64,000 bases of DNA from Candidatus Spongiisociaceae bacterium (GTDB lineage: Bacteria; Actinomycetota; Acidimicrobiia; Spongiisociales; Spongiisociaceae): NCBI GenBank assembly GCA_965219685.1, contig CBDCOH010000002.1:2336001-2400000 (forward strand). Direction: 5' to 3'. Positions 28,166-37,985 of this stretch are shown one piece after another (the first letter of the stretch is position 1; every line of letters starts with the position of its first letter). The translations under genes and the position numbers were made by a program. Below the pieces are notes generated by a model. It made no database searches. It was not told where the DNA came from and worked only from the letters and a program-made list of their open reading frames with translations.

Positions 28166-29540
28166 CGGCGGAGTCCTCGATGAGAATCCCGACACCCGCC
28201 AGATCCCGGCGGATCGCGTCGGCCCGGGCCCAGTCCCGAGCACTCCGGGCCCGGCTCCGGGCCATGACCAGGCCTTCGACAACGTTCTCGGGGCTCCCGG
28301 CGCCGGTACCGTGCGCGAGCGCCAGATCGGAGAGGGGTCCGGCCAGGTCCTCCAGTCCCGCATCCGTGAGGTCGATTCCCAGCACACCGGCCAACTCGGC
28401 AACCGCGGCGGCCAAGCGGCCGGCATCCCCGCCTCGGTCCAGGCGAGCGTTGCCGTCCCGTACCGTCTCGAAAAGCACCGCCAGCGCCTCGGCCGTGTTG
28501 AAATCGTCGTCCATGGCAGCCGCGAAGCGCTCGATCGTGCGGGTGTCCGCCACCGCGGCCTGCGGTGACCGGCGCGCGAACGCGCGCAGCCTCTCCAGGC
28601 TGGTCGCCGCCTCTTCGAGCAACTCCTCGGAGAACTCCAGTGGGGAGCGATAGGCAGCCCGCAGGTAGAACAACCTGATCACGGGACCCCCGTGACGCTC
28701 GACAGCTTCGGCCAGATCGATGGTGTGACCTGTCGACTTCGACAGCTTCTCCCCACCCAGGTTCACCATGCCGTTGTGCATCCAGTACTTCGCGAAGGGG
28801 AGGCCCGAGGCACCCTCCGACTGGGCGATCTCGTTCTCGTGATGCGGGAAGATCAGGTCCGAGCCCCCTGCGTGGATCTCGAACGACGGCCCGAGGTACT
28901 CGGCGGACATCGCCGAACACTCGATGTGCCAACCGGGCCGGCCGGGACCCCACGGCGACGGCCAAGCCGGTTCTCCGGGCTTGGCGCCTTTCCACAGAGC
29001 GAAGTCCAGCGGATCCTCCTTGTCGACCCCCGGCTCGACCCGCTCCCCACTTCGCAGTTGGTCGATGTTCCTCCCCGAGAGTTTCCCGTACCCGTCGAGG
29101 GCGCGGACCCTGAAGTACACGTCACCCCCGCCCGGATAGGCCAACCCCCGATCCACGAGAAGTCCGATCATCGCGATCATCTCTGGTATGTGTTCGGTGG
29201 CGGCCGGCTCCACATCCGGCTCGAGAACGTTCAGAGCCCGGTAACCGCTCCGGAAACGGCCGGCCATGTCGCGGGCGAGTTCCTCGGGGGCGATCTGCAG
29301 CCGGGCGGCGTTGGCGATGATCTTGTCGTCGACATCGGTGATGTTCTGCACGTAGCGAACATCCCAACCTCGCCAAGCCAGGTAGCGGCGGATCACGTCG
29401 AAGACCACGGCACACCTTCCGTGCCCCAGGTGGGGCGCCGACTGGACGGTGGGACCGCAGACGTACATGCGTACCAAGCCCTCCTCCAAGGGCTCGAAGG
29501 TCTGCGATTCCCGTCCGAGGGTGTTGTAGACCGTTACCAC
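28140..29540 (-). CDS. cysS: Cysteine--tRNA ligase
   Basis: YVCGPTV..PHLGH, GRPGWHIECS, FPHHENE, KLSKS. Confidence 0.97.
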   Translation of the reverse strand: MVTVYNTLGRESQTFEPLEEGLVRMYVCGPTVQSAPHLGHGRCAVVFDVIRRYLAWRGWDVRYVQNITDVDDKIIANAARLQIAPEELARDMAGRFRSGYRALNVLEPDVEPAATEHIPEMIAMIGLLVDRGLAYPGGGDVYFRVRALDGYGKLSGRNIDQLRSGERVEPGVDKEDPLDFALWKGAKPGEPAWPSPWGPGRPGWHIECSAMSAEYLGPSFEIHAGGSDLIFPHHENEIAQSEGASGLPFAKYWMHNGMVNLGGEKLSKSTGHTIDLAEAVERHGGPVIRLFYLRAAYRSPLEFSEELLEEAATSLERLRAFARRSPQAAVADTRTIERFAAAMDDDFNTAEALAVLFETVRDGNARLDRGGDAGRLAAAVAELAGVLGIDLTDAGLEDLAGPLSDLALAHGTGAGSPENVVEGLVMARSRARSARDWARADAIRRDLAGVGILIEDSADGSRWYRR

Positions 29541-29672
29541 GGGCCTGCCCCCGAGGCCTTTGCCGTCCTGGGGCGGGAGCCAAGCGGGCACGAGCGTCCG
29601 AACCGGGCATGGTTCACCCGGCCCGGAACTGCGGATGGTTGAGAGCCTGACACTGGCTGGAAGGGTACCCGC

Positions 29673-30200
29673 TCAGCCCGAAGGACTCGAAGACGGCTCC
29701 GTAGGCGCAGTGCCACCCGCGAGCAGTACCGTTGCCCACGCAGCCACCCCCTCGCCCCGACCAGTGAAGCCCATTCCGTCCGTGGTCGTCGCCTTGACGG
29801 ACACCCTCCCGGGCTCTACGCCCAATACGTCCGCCAAGTCTCTCTGCATCCGATCGCGAAACGGGGCTACCCGTACCGTCTCGGCGATGACGGTGAGATC
29901 GACGTTTCCGACTCGCATTCCGGCCTCGGCAACCATCTCCACCACTCTCGCCAGCAGCGCCATGCTGTCGGCGCCCTTCCACTCGACATCCCGGGACGGG
30001 AAGTGCGTGCCCAGGTCCCCGAGCGCCCCCGCCCCCAGCATGGCATCGGCTACCGCGTGGGCGGCCACATCGCCGTCGGATGTGCCGATCAGTCCCTGCG
30101 TCCCGTCCACCTCCACCCCGGCGAGCCTGAGGGGGGGTGGACCGCCGAGCCGGTGGGCGTCGAAGCCCAGACCGACCCGAAAGGCGTCAGGCCCCATCAC
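29673..30200 (-). CDS. ispF: 2-C-methyl-D-erythritol 2,4-cyclodiphosphate synthase
   Basis: RVGLGFDAH, SDGDV..HA..DA.LGA..LGDLG..F, VKATT..MGF.GRGEG. Confidence 0.95.
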   Translation of the reverse strand: MMGPDAFRVGLGFDAHRLGGPPPLRLAGVEVDGTQGLIGTSDGDVAAHAVADAMLGAGALGDLGTHFPSRDVEWKGADSMALLARVVEMVAEAGMRVGNVDLTVIAETVRVAPFRDRMQRDLADVLGVEPGRVSVKATTTDGMGFTGRGEGVAAWATVLLAGGTAPTEPSSSPSG

Positions 30201-30862
30201 CGGCCCCGGCCCGCGCGCCGCCGCAGCAAGGCCCCGGCTACCACCAGGTCCTCGGGATAGGTGATCTTCATCGCCGCTCGATCCCCGGCGACGCTCACCA
30301 CCCGCCCTCCTACCGCCTCCACCATGGCCGCGTCATCCGGCGCCGAACCGACCGAGTCGGCCGTCACCGGCGCTGCATGGGCGCGACGTAGCACGGGGGC
30401 ACGAAAGACCTGGGGAGTCTGGGCCCCGAGCACCTCCCCGCGGCTCATGGTCGCCAAGACCCGGCCGTCGCCGGAGCGGACCCGCTTGATCGAATCGGGA
30501 ATCGGCACGACGGGAATGACACCGTCCCACGGACCCTCACGCAACGCCTCATACATGCGAACCATCATCGCGGCCGGGGCGAGGGGCCGGGCAGCATCGT
30601 GGACCGCAATGACCGTGGCCTCCTCACCCACCGCAGCCAATCCCCTAGCGACCGACACGTGCCGCTCCGGTCCGCCCGCCACCCCGCCGGGCACACGACC
30701 CACCACCACCACCCGGTGAACTCCGCTCTCGAGGAGCGCGTCACGCGCCCACTCCCACAGGGCCCGTCCGTCCAGACGGGCCTCGTGCTTGGGTCCTCCG
30801 AAACGGGAGCCGCTTCCGGCGGCCACCACGACTCCCCAGATCTGCTCTCGGCCGGTCACCAC
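30197..30862 (-). CDS. ispD: MEP cytidylyltransferase
   Basis: AAGSGSRFG..K, VHDAARP, AQTPQ.F, KITYPEDL. Confidence 0.95.
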   Translation of the reverse strand: MVTGREQIWGVVVAAGSGSRFGGPKHEARLDGRALWEWARDALLESGVHRVVVVGRVPGGVAGGPERHVSVARGLAAVGEEATVIAVHDAARPLAPAAMMVRMYEALREGPWDGVIPVVPIPDSIKRVRSGDGRVLATMSRGEVLGAQTPQVFRAPVLRRAHAAPVTADSVGSAPDDAAMVEAVGGRVVSVAGDRAAMKITYPEDLVVAGALLRRRAGRGR

Positions 30863-30865
30863 CGC

Positions 30866-30930
30866 TGCCAGGCGCCAGGTGTCGGATGCCAGGTGTCGGG
30901 TATCGGGTGTCGGGACTCGGGAGGTGGCGG
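30866..30930 (+). repeat. Degenerate heptamers between carD and ispD
   Basis: GGCGCCA GGTGTCG GATGCCA GGTGTCG GGTATCG GGTGTCG GGACTCG. Confidence 0.8.
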
Positions 30931-30960
30931 ACTCCGGTCACCCTCCAGCGATCGCACCGG

Positions 30961-31755
30961 CTAGGCCTCGGAGGGCTCCGGAACGGGCAGGGCCCGTTCG
31001 ATCCTCTCTTCCGCTTCCTCGGGGGTGATGTTGAACGCGAATGCCAGTTCGCTCCGCAGCGTGACCTTGGCTCTCGAGAGCATCCGTTTGAGCGCCGGTG
31101 AGATCCCTTTGGTGTTCTGCGCGTGCGTCAGATCGCGCACGACCTCGGCCACCTGGTTGATATCGCCGGACGTCATCTTCTCGTTCAGCACCTTGTACCA
31201 GCGACTCCAGTTCTTGCCCGATGCCTGGGGCTCTTCCTTGAAGATGCGAAGAACCCGGCCGGCCGCGGTCTTGGAAATCACCGGTCGGATGTTCTCATCG
31301 ATCGTGTCGACAGGCACGAACACGGTCAGCTGCTCGGTTGCTATCTGTAACTCGAAGTAGCTGCGACGGACCCCGGCGACCTCCTGCTCGATCTTGCGGG
31401 TTATGACCGCCGCCCCATGATGAGGATGGACGACCTTATCGTTCACCTTGAACGAGGTCGCCCTCCGTGTGCGGGCGGAGGACCGAGACTTCGCGGATCG
31501 CTTGCGAGGGATCTTTCGTTTGGCGGCGGTCCGCTTGGCCGGGACCCGTTTGGGAGGCGCCTTCTTTGCCGGCCTTCTCTTGGGAGGAGCGGCCTTCGCA
31601 GCCCTCGCCTTGGACGCCGAGGCCTTCGACTTGGACGGAGTGGCTTTCGGACTGCTCGGCGCTACCGGCTCCTTCGCCGCCGAGGATCCTGACGGGTCTG
31701 GAGACGGAGCCGAATCCTGAGTAGCGGGGGCAGCATCGGTCTCGGGCATCACCAA
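30961..31755 (-). CDS. carD: CarD transcription factor with N-terminal Lys/Ala/Pro-rich extension
   Basis: FKV.DKVVHPHHGA..I, NWSR.YK, AEVVRDL; upstream of ispD. Confidence 0.93.
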   Translation of the reverse strand: MVMPETDAAPATQDSAPSPDPSGSSAAKEPVAPSSPKATPSKSKASASKARAAKAAPPKRRPAKKAPPKRVPAKRTAAKRKIPRKRSAKSRSSARTRRATSFKVNDKVVHPHHGAAVITRKIEQEVAGVRRSYFELQIATEQLTVFVPVDTIDENIRPVISKTAAGRVLRIFKEEPQASGKNWSRWYKVLNEKMTSGDINQVAEVVRDLTHAQNTKGISPALKRMLSRAKVTLRSELAFAFNITPEEAEERIERALPVPEPSEA

Positions 31756-31798
31756 GTGAGTTTACCCGGCCCGCAATCGAAAGTAACTTCGAGTCGTG

Positions 31799-32851
31799 TC
31801 AGGAGGCGGAGTCCCGGTACGTACGCCGGACTTGATCGAGATAGCGGCGGAGCGCAAGTGTCAGCGTCTCGCTCACCCCGTCGACCGTGCCCAGATCGGC
31901 CGCGGAGGCCATCATGATCTTTCCGAGATCGCCGAAGTGCTCCACCAACGCATCCCGGACGGACTTGGGGAGACCGGACATCCCGGCGAGCAGGCGATGA
32001 CCCATCGGGCGGACCGCCGATCCGGCGTCGGCCAAACCGAGCCGCGTGCATAGCCGATCAATGTCGTACAGGTCTTCCAGCGGCCTGGCCTCCAGCACGC
32101 GTAGCAACTCAGCGCCGCGGTCGCCGTTCTCCTGCAGGTAGTCCCTGGCCAGCACCTGCTGCAACTCGTCCACGCCCATCATCAGGTCTGCGTGCTGCAG
32201 GCTCGCCAGATGGCCTTCCTCACCGAGGTCCACGGCAAGCCGGCTGACCCGATCACCGATGCGACGCACCAACTCGGTGCGCTGGAGAAGCGTTATCGCG
32301 TCACCCAACGTCGCCTGATCATTGACCTCCAGGCGCGTCAGCCGCTCCTCCGCCTCGACAACGCGCCTCCTGAAGCGTTCCAACGTCTGGAGTTCCTGGT
32401 TTATGCGCACCAGCAACTCCGAGGGGGTCCTGAGCCGGTGCTTCCGGTCGCCGTAGAAGAGGAAACACTGCCCGCGCTCCTCGCTGATGGCCAGCACCGG
32501 CCGGTCGCTCATGCGCGCCATCCGCTCGGAGGTCCGGAACCGCGATCCCGTCTCGTCGGTACGGATCGAGGGATCGGGGAGGAGGTGGGCATTGGCGCGC
32601 AGGATCTTCTGCCCCTCCTCGTCGAGGATGATGGCGCCATCCATCTTGGCCAACTCTGCCAGCCGGGCAGGGGCGAACGGGCTGTCCCTGAGAATGAAGC
32701 CACCGTGGGCGACGGCCTCCACCTCGGGACCCGACCCGATTACGACCAGCGCGCCGTTACCCTGCTGAACGATCCGCTCCACCGCGGTACGCAATGCGGT
32801 TCCGGGAGCGACACGAGCCAGAACCTCCAGAAATCCGGGCCGATCCGTCAT
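31799..32851 (-). CDS. disA: DNA integrity scanning diadenylate cyclase DisA (RHR motif reads RFR)
   Basis: VAPGT.LR, ELAKMDGAI.L, linker, C-terminal HhH LGTVDGV. Confidence 0.93.
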   Translation of the reverse strand: MTDRPGFLEVLARVAPGTALRTAVERIVQQGNGALVVIGSGPEVEAVAHGGFILRDSPFAPARLAELAKMDGAIILDEEGQKILRANAHLLPDPSIRTDETGSRFRTSERMARMSDRPVLAISEERGQCFLFYGDRKHRLRTPSELLVRINQELQTLERFRRRVVEAEERLTRLEVNDQATLGDAITLLQRTELVRRIGDRVSRLAVDLGEEGHLASLQHADLMMGVDELQQVLARDYLQENGDRGAELLRVLEARPLEDLYDIDRLCTRLGLADAGSAVRPMGHRLLAGMSGLPKSVRDALVEHFGDLGKIMMASAADLGTVDGVSETLTLALRRYLDQVRRTYRDSAS

Positions 32852-32949
32852 CGGTGCATCAGGCTAACGGCAACGGGTCGTGCATGTCATATGTACAAAC
32901 CTCTGACCGATCGATGCGCCGCGCTCGCGCTACCGTGACCGGGCATGGT

Positions 32950-33075
32950 TCACTGTCGATCACCGGCCCGCCATAGTCGCCACAGCACGAGCACCAGGAG
33001 GACGAACAGAACCAGTCCCGCCAACTCGGACCGGACGGTCCATGGTTCGGCTGTCCGGATGGCGTCCGCGAACAT
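32950..33075 (-). CDS. Putative 41-aa single-TM small protein
   Basis: GGAGAGG RBS then ATG; LAGLVLFVLLVLVLW followed by basic residues. Confidence 0.5.
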   Translation of the reverse strand: MFADAIRTAEPWTVRSELAGLVLFVLLVLVLWRLWRAGDRQ

Positions 33076-33140
33076 CACCCCAGTCCTCTCCACCGCAACT
33101 AGTATCGCCCCCAAGATTAACGGGTGAAGGCAGGTTCGGA

Positions 33141-34034
33141 TTGAGCGACCGTGGACGAGGTGGATCCTGGGACGATCCATTGGACGGGATCGACTTCGAG
33201 GAGTTCGAGCTAACAGAGCCTGAGGACTGGGACGATGTGGACCCCTACCGGCCCATCGATTCACGCGAGGAATCCGTAACCTGCCCTTCCTGCGGCGTTG
33301 CCCAGAATGCCGCCAACCGGCATTGCGAGCAGTGCGGGGCAAGACTCGGACAGCAGCGTATCGCCGTGGCCGCTCCACCGCTGCGATCGGTGAGTCCGGG
33401 AGGGCGCGCGCTCGGGATCATCGTGGTCGTGATCGCATTGGTGGTAGTGGCGGCGCTGGTCATCTCGGCGATCCGTGGGGAAGACCCGGACACCGAGGTG
33501 GTAGCCGAGGAGCAGGAGACCACACCCTCCACGCCGCCGACAACCCTGGGTCGTCTCATGAAGGTGACGCCTATCTCCATTACCTGCTCAAGCGAGTACA
33601 ACGCCAACCTCGGTTGCGAGAACCTGATCGATGGCACCGACACCTACTGGAACGACCAGAGCCTGCGGGGGGAGGATGCGTGGATAAAGGTCACCTTCGT
33701 AAACCCGGTGGCTCTCGAGTCCGTGCTGTTTATCAACGTCAGCAACCAGGAGAAGTTCCGCCGGAACTATCGGGTCAGAGCCGTCGAGATCCACGCCGAC
33801 GATCTTCCCGGAGTGCCGTTCGTCGAGGAGATCCCCGATGCGAACGACCGCCCGCTCTCCGTGTCGACACCTACCAACCACACGCTCGAGCTCGAGATCA
33901 GGGTGACAGCCACCTACCCCTCCGAGCCTCTCGGGGGAGGTCAGGCATTCGATGAGCTCGCCATCGAGGACCTGGAGTTCTGGGGCCGAGTGAAGGACAC
34001 CGATCCTGTGGAGAGCGAAACCGTCTCCGGGTAA
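33141..34034 (+). CDS. Zinc-ribbon + TM + discoidin-like beta-sandwich membrane protein
   Basis: CPSC..N..CEQCG, hydrophobic helix, NLIDG..TYW, YRVR.VEI; TTG start inferred. Confidence 0.8.
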   Translation: MSDRGRGGSWDDPLDGIDFEEFELTEPEDWDDVDPYRPIDSREESVTCPSCGVAQNAANRHCEQCGARLGQQRIAVAAPPLRSVSPGGRALGIIVVVIALVVVAALVISAIRGEDPDTEVVAEEQETTPSTPPTTLGRLMKVTPISITCSSEYNANLGCENLIDGTDTYWNDQSLRGEDAWIKVTFVNPVALESVLFINVSNQEKFRRNYRVRAVEIHADDLPGVPFVEEIPDANDRPLSVSTPTNHTLELEIRVTATYPSEPLGGGQAFDELAIEDLEFWGRVKDTDPVESETVSG

Positions 34035-35254
34035 TGCCCGAGTTTTTCGATCCCTCCGACAGATCCTTCATCGACAACCCCTACCCCACGCTAAACGCCC
34101 TAAGGGAACAGGCACCGCTGCACCGCGATACGGAGTGGAACCTCTGGCTGGTGACCCGCTACGCGGACGTGAGGGCCGTGCAGTTGGACCGCCGGCTGGG
34201 GAGGGTCAAACAAGGACATGCTCTCCCCTCGGACCTGCGCCCCATCCGCAAACTCGGCCTGGTCGGGTGGGAGCCGTACTACCAGGTGGAGCGCTACTCG
34301 TTGCTCATGCTGGAACCGCCCGAGCACACCAGGCTGCGCTCGCTCGTGAACCGTGCCTTCACACCGAGGCGCGTTCGCGAACTCAGGGATCCGATCACGG
34401 CAATCGCCGATGAATTGCTGGAGAGCCTGAAGGATCGCTCGAACTTCGACCTTCTGGGCGACTACGCCCAACCGTACTCCGTCCGGGTCATCGCTACGCT
34501 GCTGGGGGCTCCGGTGGAGGACGCGGACCTGCTCCTCGACTGGTCCCACGCAATAGTGAAGATGTACGAACTCCATACCACGCACGACCAGGCCCGGGCG
34601 GCCATCGATGCCTCCGGGGAGTTCTCGCGATGGGTCTCCGACCTGATCGCCCGCCGCCGCGCCGAGCCACGAGACGACCTGATCACGGCCCTCTGCTTCG
34701 CGGAGACCGCACAGGGCCAACTGACCGACCCGGAAATAGTCTCGACCGTGATCCTCCTGCTCAACGCAGGGCACGAGGCAACGGTCAACACCATGGGCAA
34801 CGGGATAGTCGCCGCACTGCGGAACGGCAACGCGTGGAGACAACTCGTCGACCGATCCGTCCAACCCGCCACAGCCATCGAAGAGATGATGCGCTTCGAC
34901 CCTCCCCTCCAACTCTTCGAGCGCTACGTCCTCGCTGAAGGAGTCGAGATCGCAGGAACCCCCATTCCTCCCGGTGACAAGGTCGCCGTCCTGTTCGGAT
35001 CCGCCAACCGGGATCCGCGAAGGTTCGAGGCGCCCGACGAGTTCCGCATCGGCCGGGGTGATGCGGATCACATCACCTTCGGGGCGGGGGTCCACTTCTG
35101 CCTGGGCGCGCCCCTCGCCCGCCTGGAACTGGAGATCGCGGTGGACCGGCTCACCCGGGCCTTCCCCGAAGCGAGACTCGCCTTCGAACCCCGGCGTGAA
35201 GATGGATTCGTCATCCGCGGCTACGACACCGTGGAACTGTCAACGTCCGGATAA
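34034..35254 (+). CDS. Cytochrome P450
   Basis: AGHEAT, EEMMR, FGAGVHFCLG heme motif. Confidence 0.97.
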   Translation: MPEFFDPSDRSFIDNPYPTLNALREQAPLHRDTEWNLWLVTRYADVRAVQLDRRLGRVKQGHALPSDLRPIRKLGLVGWEPYYQVERYSLLMLEPPEHTRLRSLVNRAFTPRRVRELRDPITAIADELLESLKDRSNFDLLGDYAQPYSVRVIATLLGAPVEDADLLLDWSHAIVKMYELHTTHDQARAAIDASGEFSRWVSDLIARRRAEPRDDLITALCFAETAQGQLTDPEIVSTVILLLNAGHEATVNTMGNGIVAALRNGNAWRQLVDRSVQPATAIEEMMRFDPPLQLFERYVLAEGVEIAGTPIPPGDKVAVLFGSANRDPRRFEAPDEFRIGRGDADHITFGAGVHFCLGAPLARLELEIAVDRLTRAFPEARLAFEPRREDGFVIRGYDTVELSTSG

Positions 35255-35266
35255 GGGGAGCGCACG

Positions 35267-36199
35267 ATGCCCATACGAATGGTGATCGACACGGACACCG
35301 CCTCGGACGATGCGGTCGCCTTGGCGATGGCGCTGCGGCATCCGGCTGTCGACGTGGTGGCCATCACAACAGTGGCGGGAAACTGCCCTGTCGAGCTCTC
35401 GACCCGTAACGCCCTGTACACGGCGGAGTTGTGCGGCGCCGATGTCCCCGTCTACCAGGGAGCGGCCGGCCCGCTGGTGGTGGACGCCCACTTCGCCACC
35501 TGGTTCCACGGGGAGGACGGCCTCGGTGACCAGGGCTACCCGCCGCCGGCCCGTGAACCGGAGCCCGCGGATGCATCGACGGCACTCATCGGCGCCATCC
35601 GCGCCAACCCCGGTTGCGTGCTGGTGACCCTCGGCCCCTTGACCAACGTGGTCGTAGCGTTGCGGCAAGCCCCCGACATCGTCGACCTGGTAGGTAGGTG
35701 CGTGGTCATGGGGGGAACGGTCAACGCGGTCGGAAACGTCACCCCCGCCGCCGAGTTCAACCTGTGGTTCGACCCGCACGCCGCGCGCGCCGTGTTCGCA
35801 TCGGGACTGCCCATCGAGATGGTGCCCTGGGAGATATGCCGGGGCGAGGCCGGGTTGGACCGCGAGGAGCGGGTGGCGCTCAGGGCCTTGGACACCCCCC
35901 TCGCCCACTTCTTCGTGGACTGCAACTCCACCGCTATGGAAGCGGCACGCAGGCAGTCGGGAACCCGCCGGATGGAACTCCCCGATCCGACCGCCATGGC
36001 GGTCGCCCTCGACAAGGCGGCTGTAATCACCCATTCGACCCGCCACCACGTCGAGGTCGAGGCGGAGAGTCCGTTGACCAGGGGAATGTCGGTGGTCGAC
36101 TCGCTCGACGTCACCGGTAACCCACCCAACGTCGAGGTGGTTCACGCCATCAACACGGACCGCTTCAAGCAGATGATCTCCGACGCCGCAAGCGGGTAA
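35267..36199 (+). CDS. Inosine/uridine-preferring nucleoside hydrolase
   Basis: IDTDTASDDAVAL, LGPLTN, AEFN.WFDP.AA. Confidence 0.95.
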   Translation: MPIRMVIDTDTASDDAVALAMALRHPAVDVVAITTVAGNCPVELSTRNALYTAELCGADVPVYQGAAGPLVVDAHFATWFHGEDGLGDQGYPPPAREPEPADASTALIGAIRANPGCVLVTLGPLTNVVVALRQAPDIVDLVGRCVVMGGTVNAVGNVTPAAEFNLWFDPHAARAVFASGLPIEMVPWEICRGEAGLDREERVALRALDTPLAHFFVDCNSTAMEAARRQSGTRRMELPDPTAMAVALDKAAVITHSTRHHVEVEAESPLTRGMSVVDSLDVTGNPPNVEVVHAINTDRFKQMISDAASG

Positions 36200-36295
36200 T
36201 CGTTCTGTGATCAGCGCCGCCACGTGGCGAAACGGTCGTCACCGACCGGTACTGTCTACCCGCTCGTGGAGTGACGCAGGCCCGATGCTGAAACG

Positions 36296-36653
36296 TTAGG
36301 GAAGGCTCCTGATAGTCCATAGACCGTTGTCTCGGTCGGCGACAAAGTTGTTGAGGTGCATGCCGCCGCCGGCGCAGATGCATCCGAGACATCCGGAACC
36401 GTCGGGCTCAACCCTGAATGTGAATTGACTCGGACCATCGTCGTGACTGCAGCTCTCTCCCGCACTCAGAGTCAATCCCAGACGGCACGTACCATCATCA
36501 GTCGTGGTATCGGGCGCGGCCGTGGTGGTAGGTCTCGTCGTGGTGGTGGTAGGCGCGGAGGTTGGAGCGTTGGTGGTGACGCTGCCGTCATCGCCGCAGC
36601 CCAACCGCGAGCAGCGCAAGTGCAGACAGCACTGCGATCAACCTCCAAGTCAT
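36296..36653 (-). pseudogene. Small Cys-containing lipoprotein with a 1-nt frameshift at the lipobox
   Basis: AGGAGG RBS, MTWRLIAVLSALALLAVG; removing one G at ~36600 gives CGDDGS..TTTT..WTIRSLP. Confidence 0.75.
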
Positions 36654-36747
36654 TGACCTAGCCTCCTGGTAACACATAGAAACCACCCGGCACCTCCCTG
36701 ACAATTGAGACGCGAACTCAACCGAGCTGCGGCAACTTTTGCGTTGC

Positions 36748-37085
36748 CTATGGCAGACTTTCGATGGTCCACACACCGCCGGCCCTCGTCATACGCAACC
36801 CGCCCAAAAAGACAATCGACCCGCTGAATCTGGAATTGCTCATTTGGATGGCACCGATCGAGCCGTCGACAATCGCTACCGAAGAACCATCAATGCTGAT
36901 ACTGAACCCTTCGCCGTCACAGCTGTCACCAGGGCTTTGTCCCCCTGTCAGTTGGATGGCCTGGGGGGTGTTGCCACCCGCCGTGGTTGGGCACCTGCGA
37001 CCTCTTGGGGGACAAGCACCGACAGGGGGCTGGTTCGCAGATGTGGTTGAGGCGTTGGTGCCCTCGAGTAGCTGCCGAAAGGAGT
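36748..37085 (-). pseudogene. 5'-truncated paralog of the adjacent lipoprotein
   Basis: PGDSC...F.I...G and C-terminal WTIESLP. Confidence 0.6.
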
Positions 37086-37108
37086 TTGCGACTAGAGAGG
37101 ACCAGTTG

Positions 37109-37555
37109 ATGGGTGAGAGCCTTACGCCCGCTCCCGGAGTGTTCGTCGGTGTGGACATCGCCAAGGGCAAACATTACGCCTGTGCGGTGTCGGCTTGTGG
37201 TGAGGCGCTGTTTTCTCGGGCGGTTCGCAGCGACGAAGCAGCGATCCGGCGGGTGATCGACGACGCTGGGGACCACGGCCGGCCGGCGTTGGTGGTTGAT
37301 ATGACATCGTCTGCGGCTGTTGGGACCCTCGCGGTCGCCGCAGAGATGACGATTCCGGTGGCTTATGTCACCGGCTTGGCGATGCGCCGAGCTGCCGACC
37401 TCTACGCCGGTGCGGCAAAGGCTGACCCCACCGACGCCCAGGTGTTGGCCGACTTCGCTTGGCGTAACGCGGACCGGCTGACCTGGACCACCATCACCGA
37501 TGAGTTGTTGGCCGTGGTCGGCGGCTCTGGAGCGTGCCGTCGGTGGAAAGGCTGA
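37109..37555 (+). pseudogene. IS110-family recombinase N-terminal (DEDD) fragment
   Basis: FVGVDIAK..H.A, LVVD, AYV.GL.MRR.ADL..G.AK.D..DA.V.AD; C-terminal half absent. Confidence 0.88.
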
Positions 37556-37985
37556 TGTCGACACCTGGTCTCAGAGCTGCGCTGGCGAAATACCACCCCC
37601 CCCCCCCCCCCGGACCGGAAACACCGGAACAAAGGCGCGGCGACAGCTCCGAGCACGGTGGAACATCTCACTACATCTGAAACGCCAGGTCCCGAGCGAA
37701 ACCAAACCAACAAGCGTCGAGGTCAAACCGACCGGTTGACCTCGCAGACGGCATCCTCAGGACAGATAGCCCGAACCCGCTGTGCCCAGTCGATATCGAG
37801 CACCACGAGGCGCTTACCAACGTGCGGCGGTCGGAGGCCACCACCTTCAAGCCCGTCGCAGCAGGCACGCATCGGTCAGCACTCAAACCGCTTGACGCCC
37901 TTGTTGAGTACTGCGTGGGCGATCTTGCGAAGCCTATGTCCTCACTCGGGGAGACATCCCACTTGGCCGAGGAGGGCTCTTGCTG

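Noticed and set aside
28730-30100. CysS KLSKS and IspF GTSD motif variants
   Set aside because: Conservative single changes with the other catalytic residues intact; not convincing without an alignment
37700-37980. Additional gene fragment
   Set aside because: No recognisable motif in any frame
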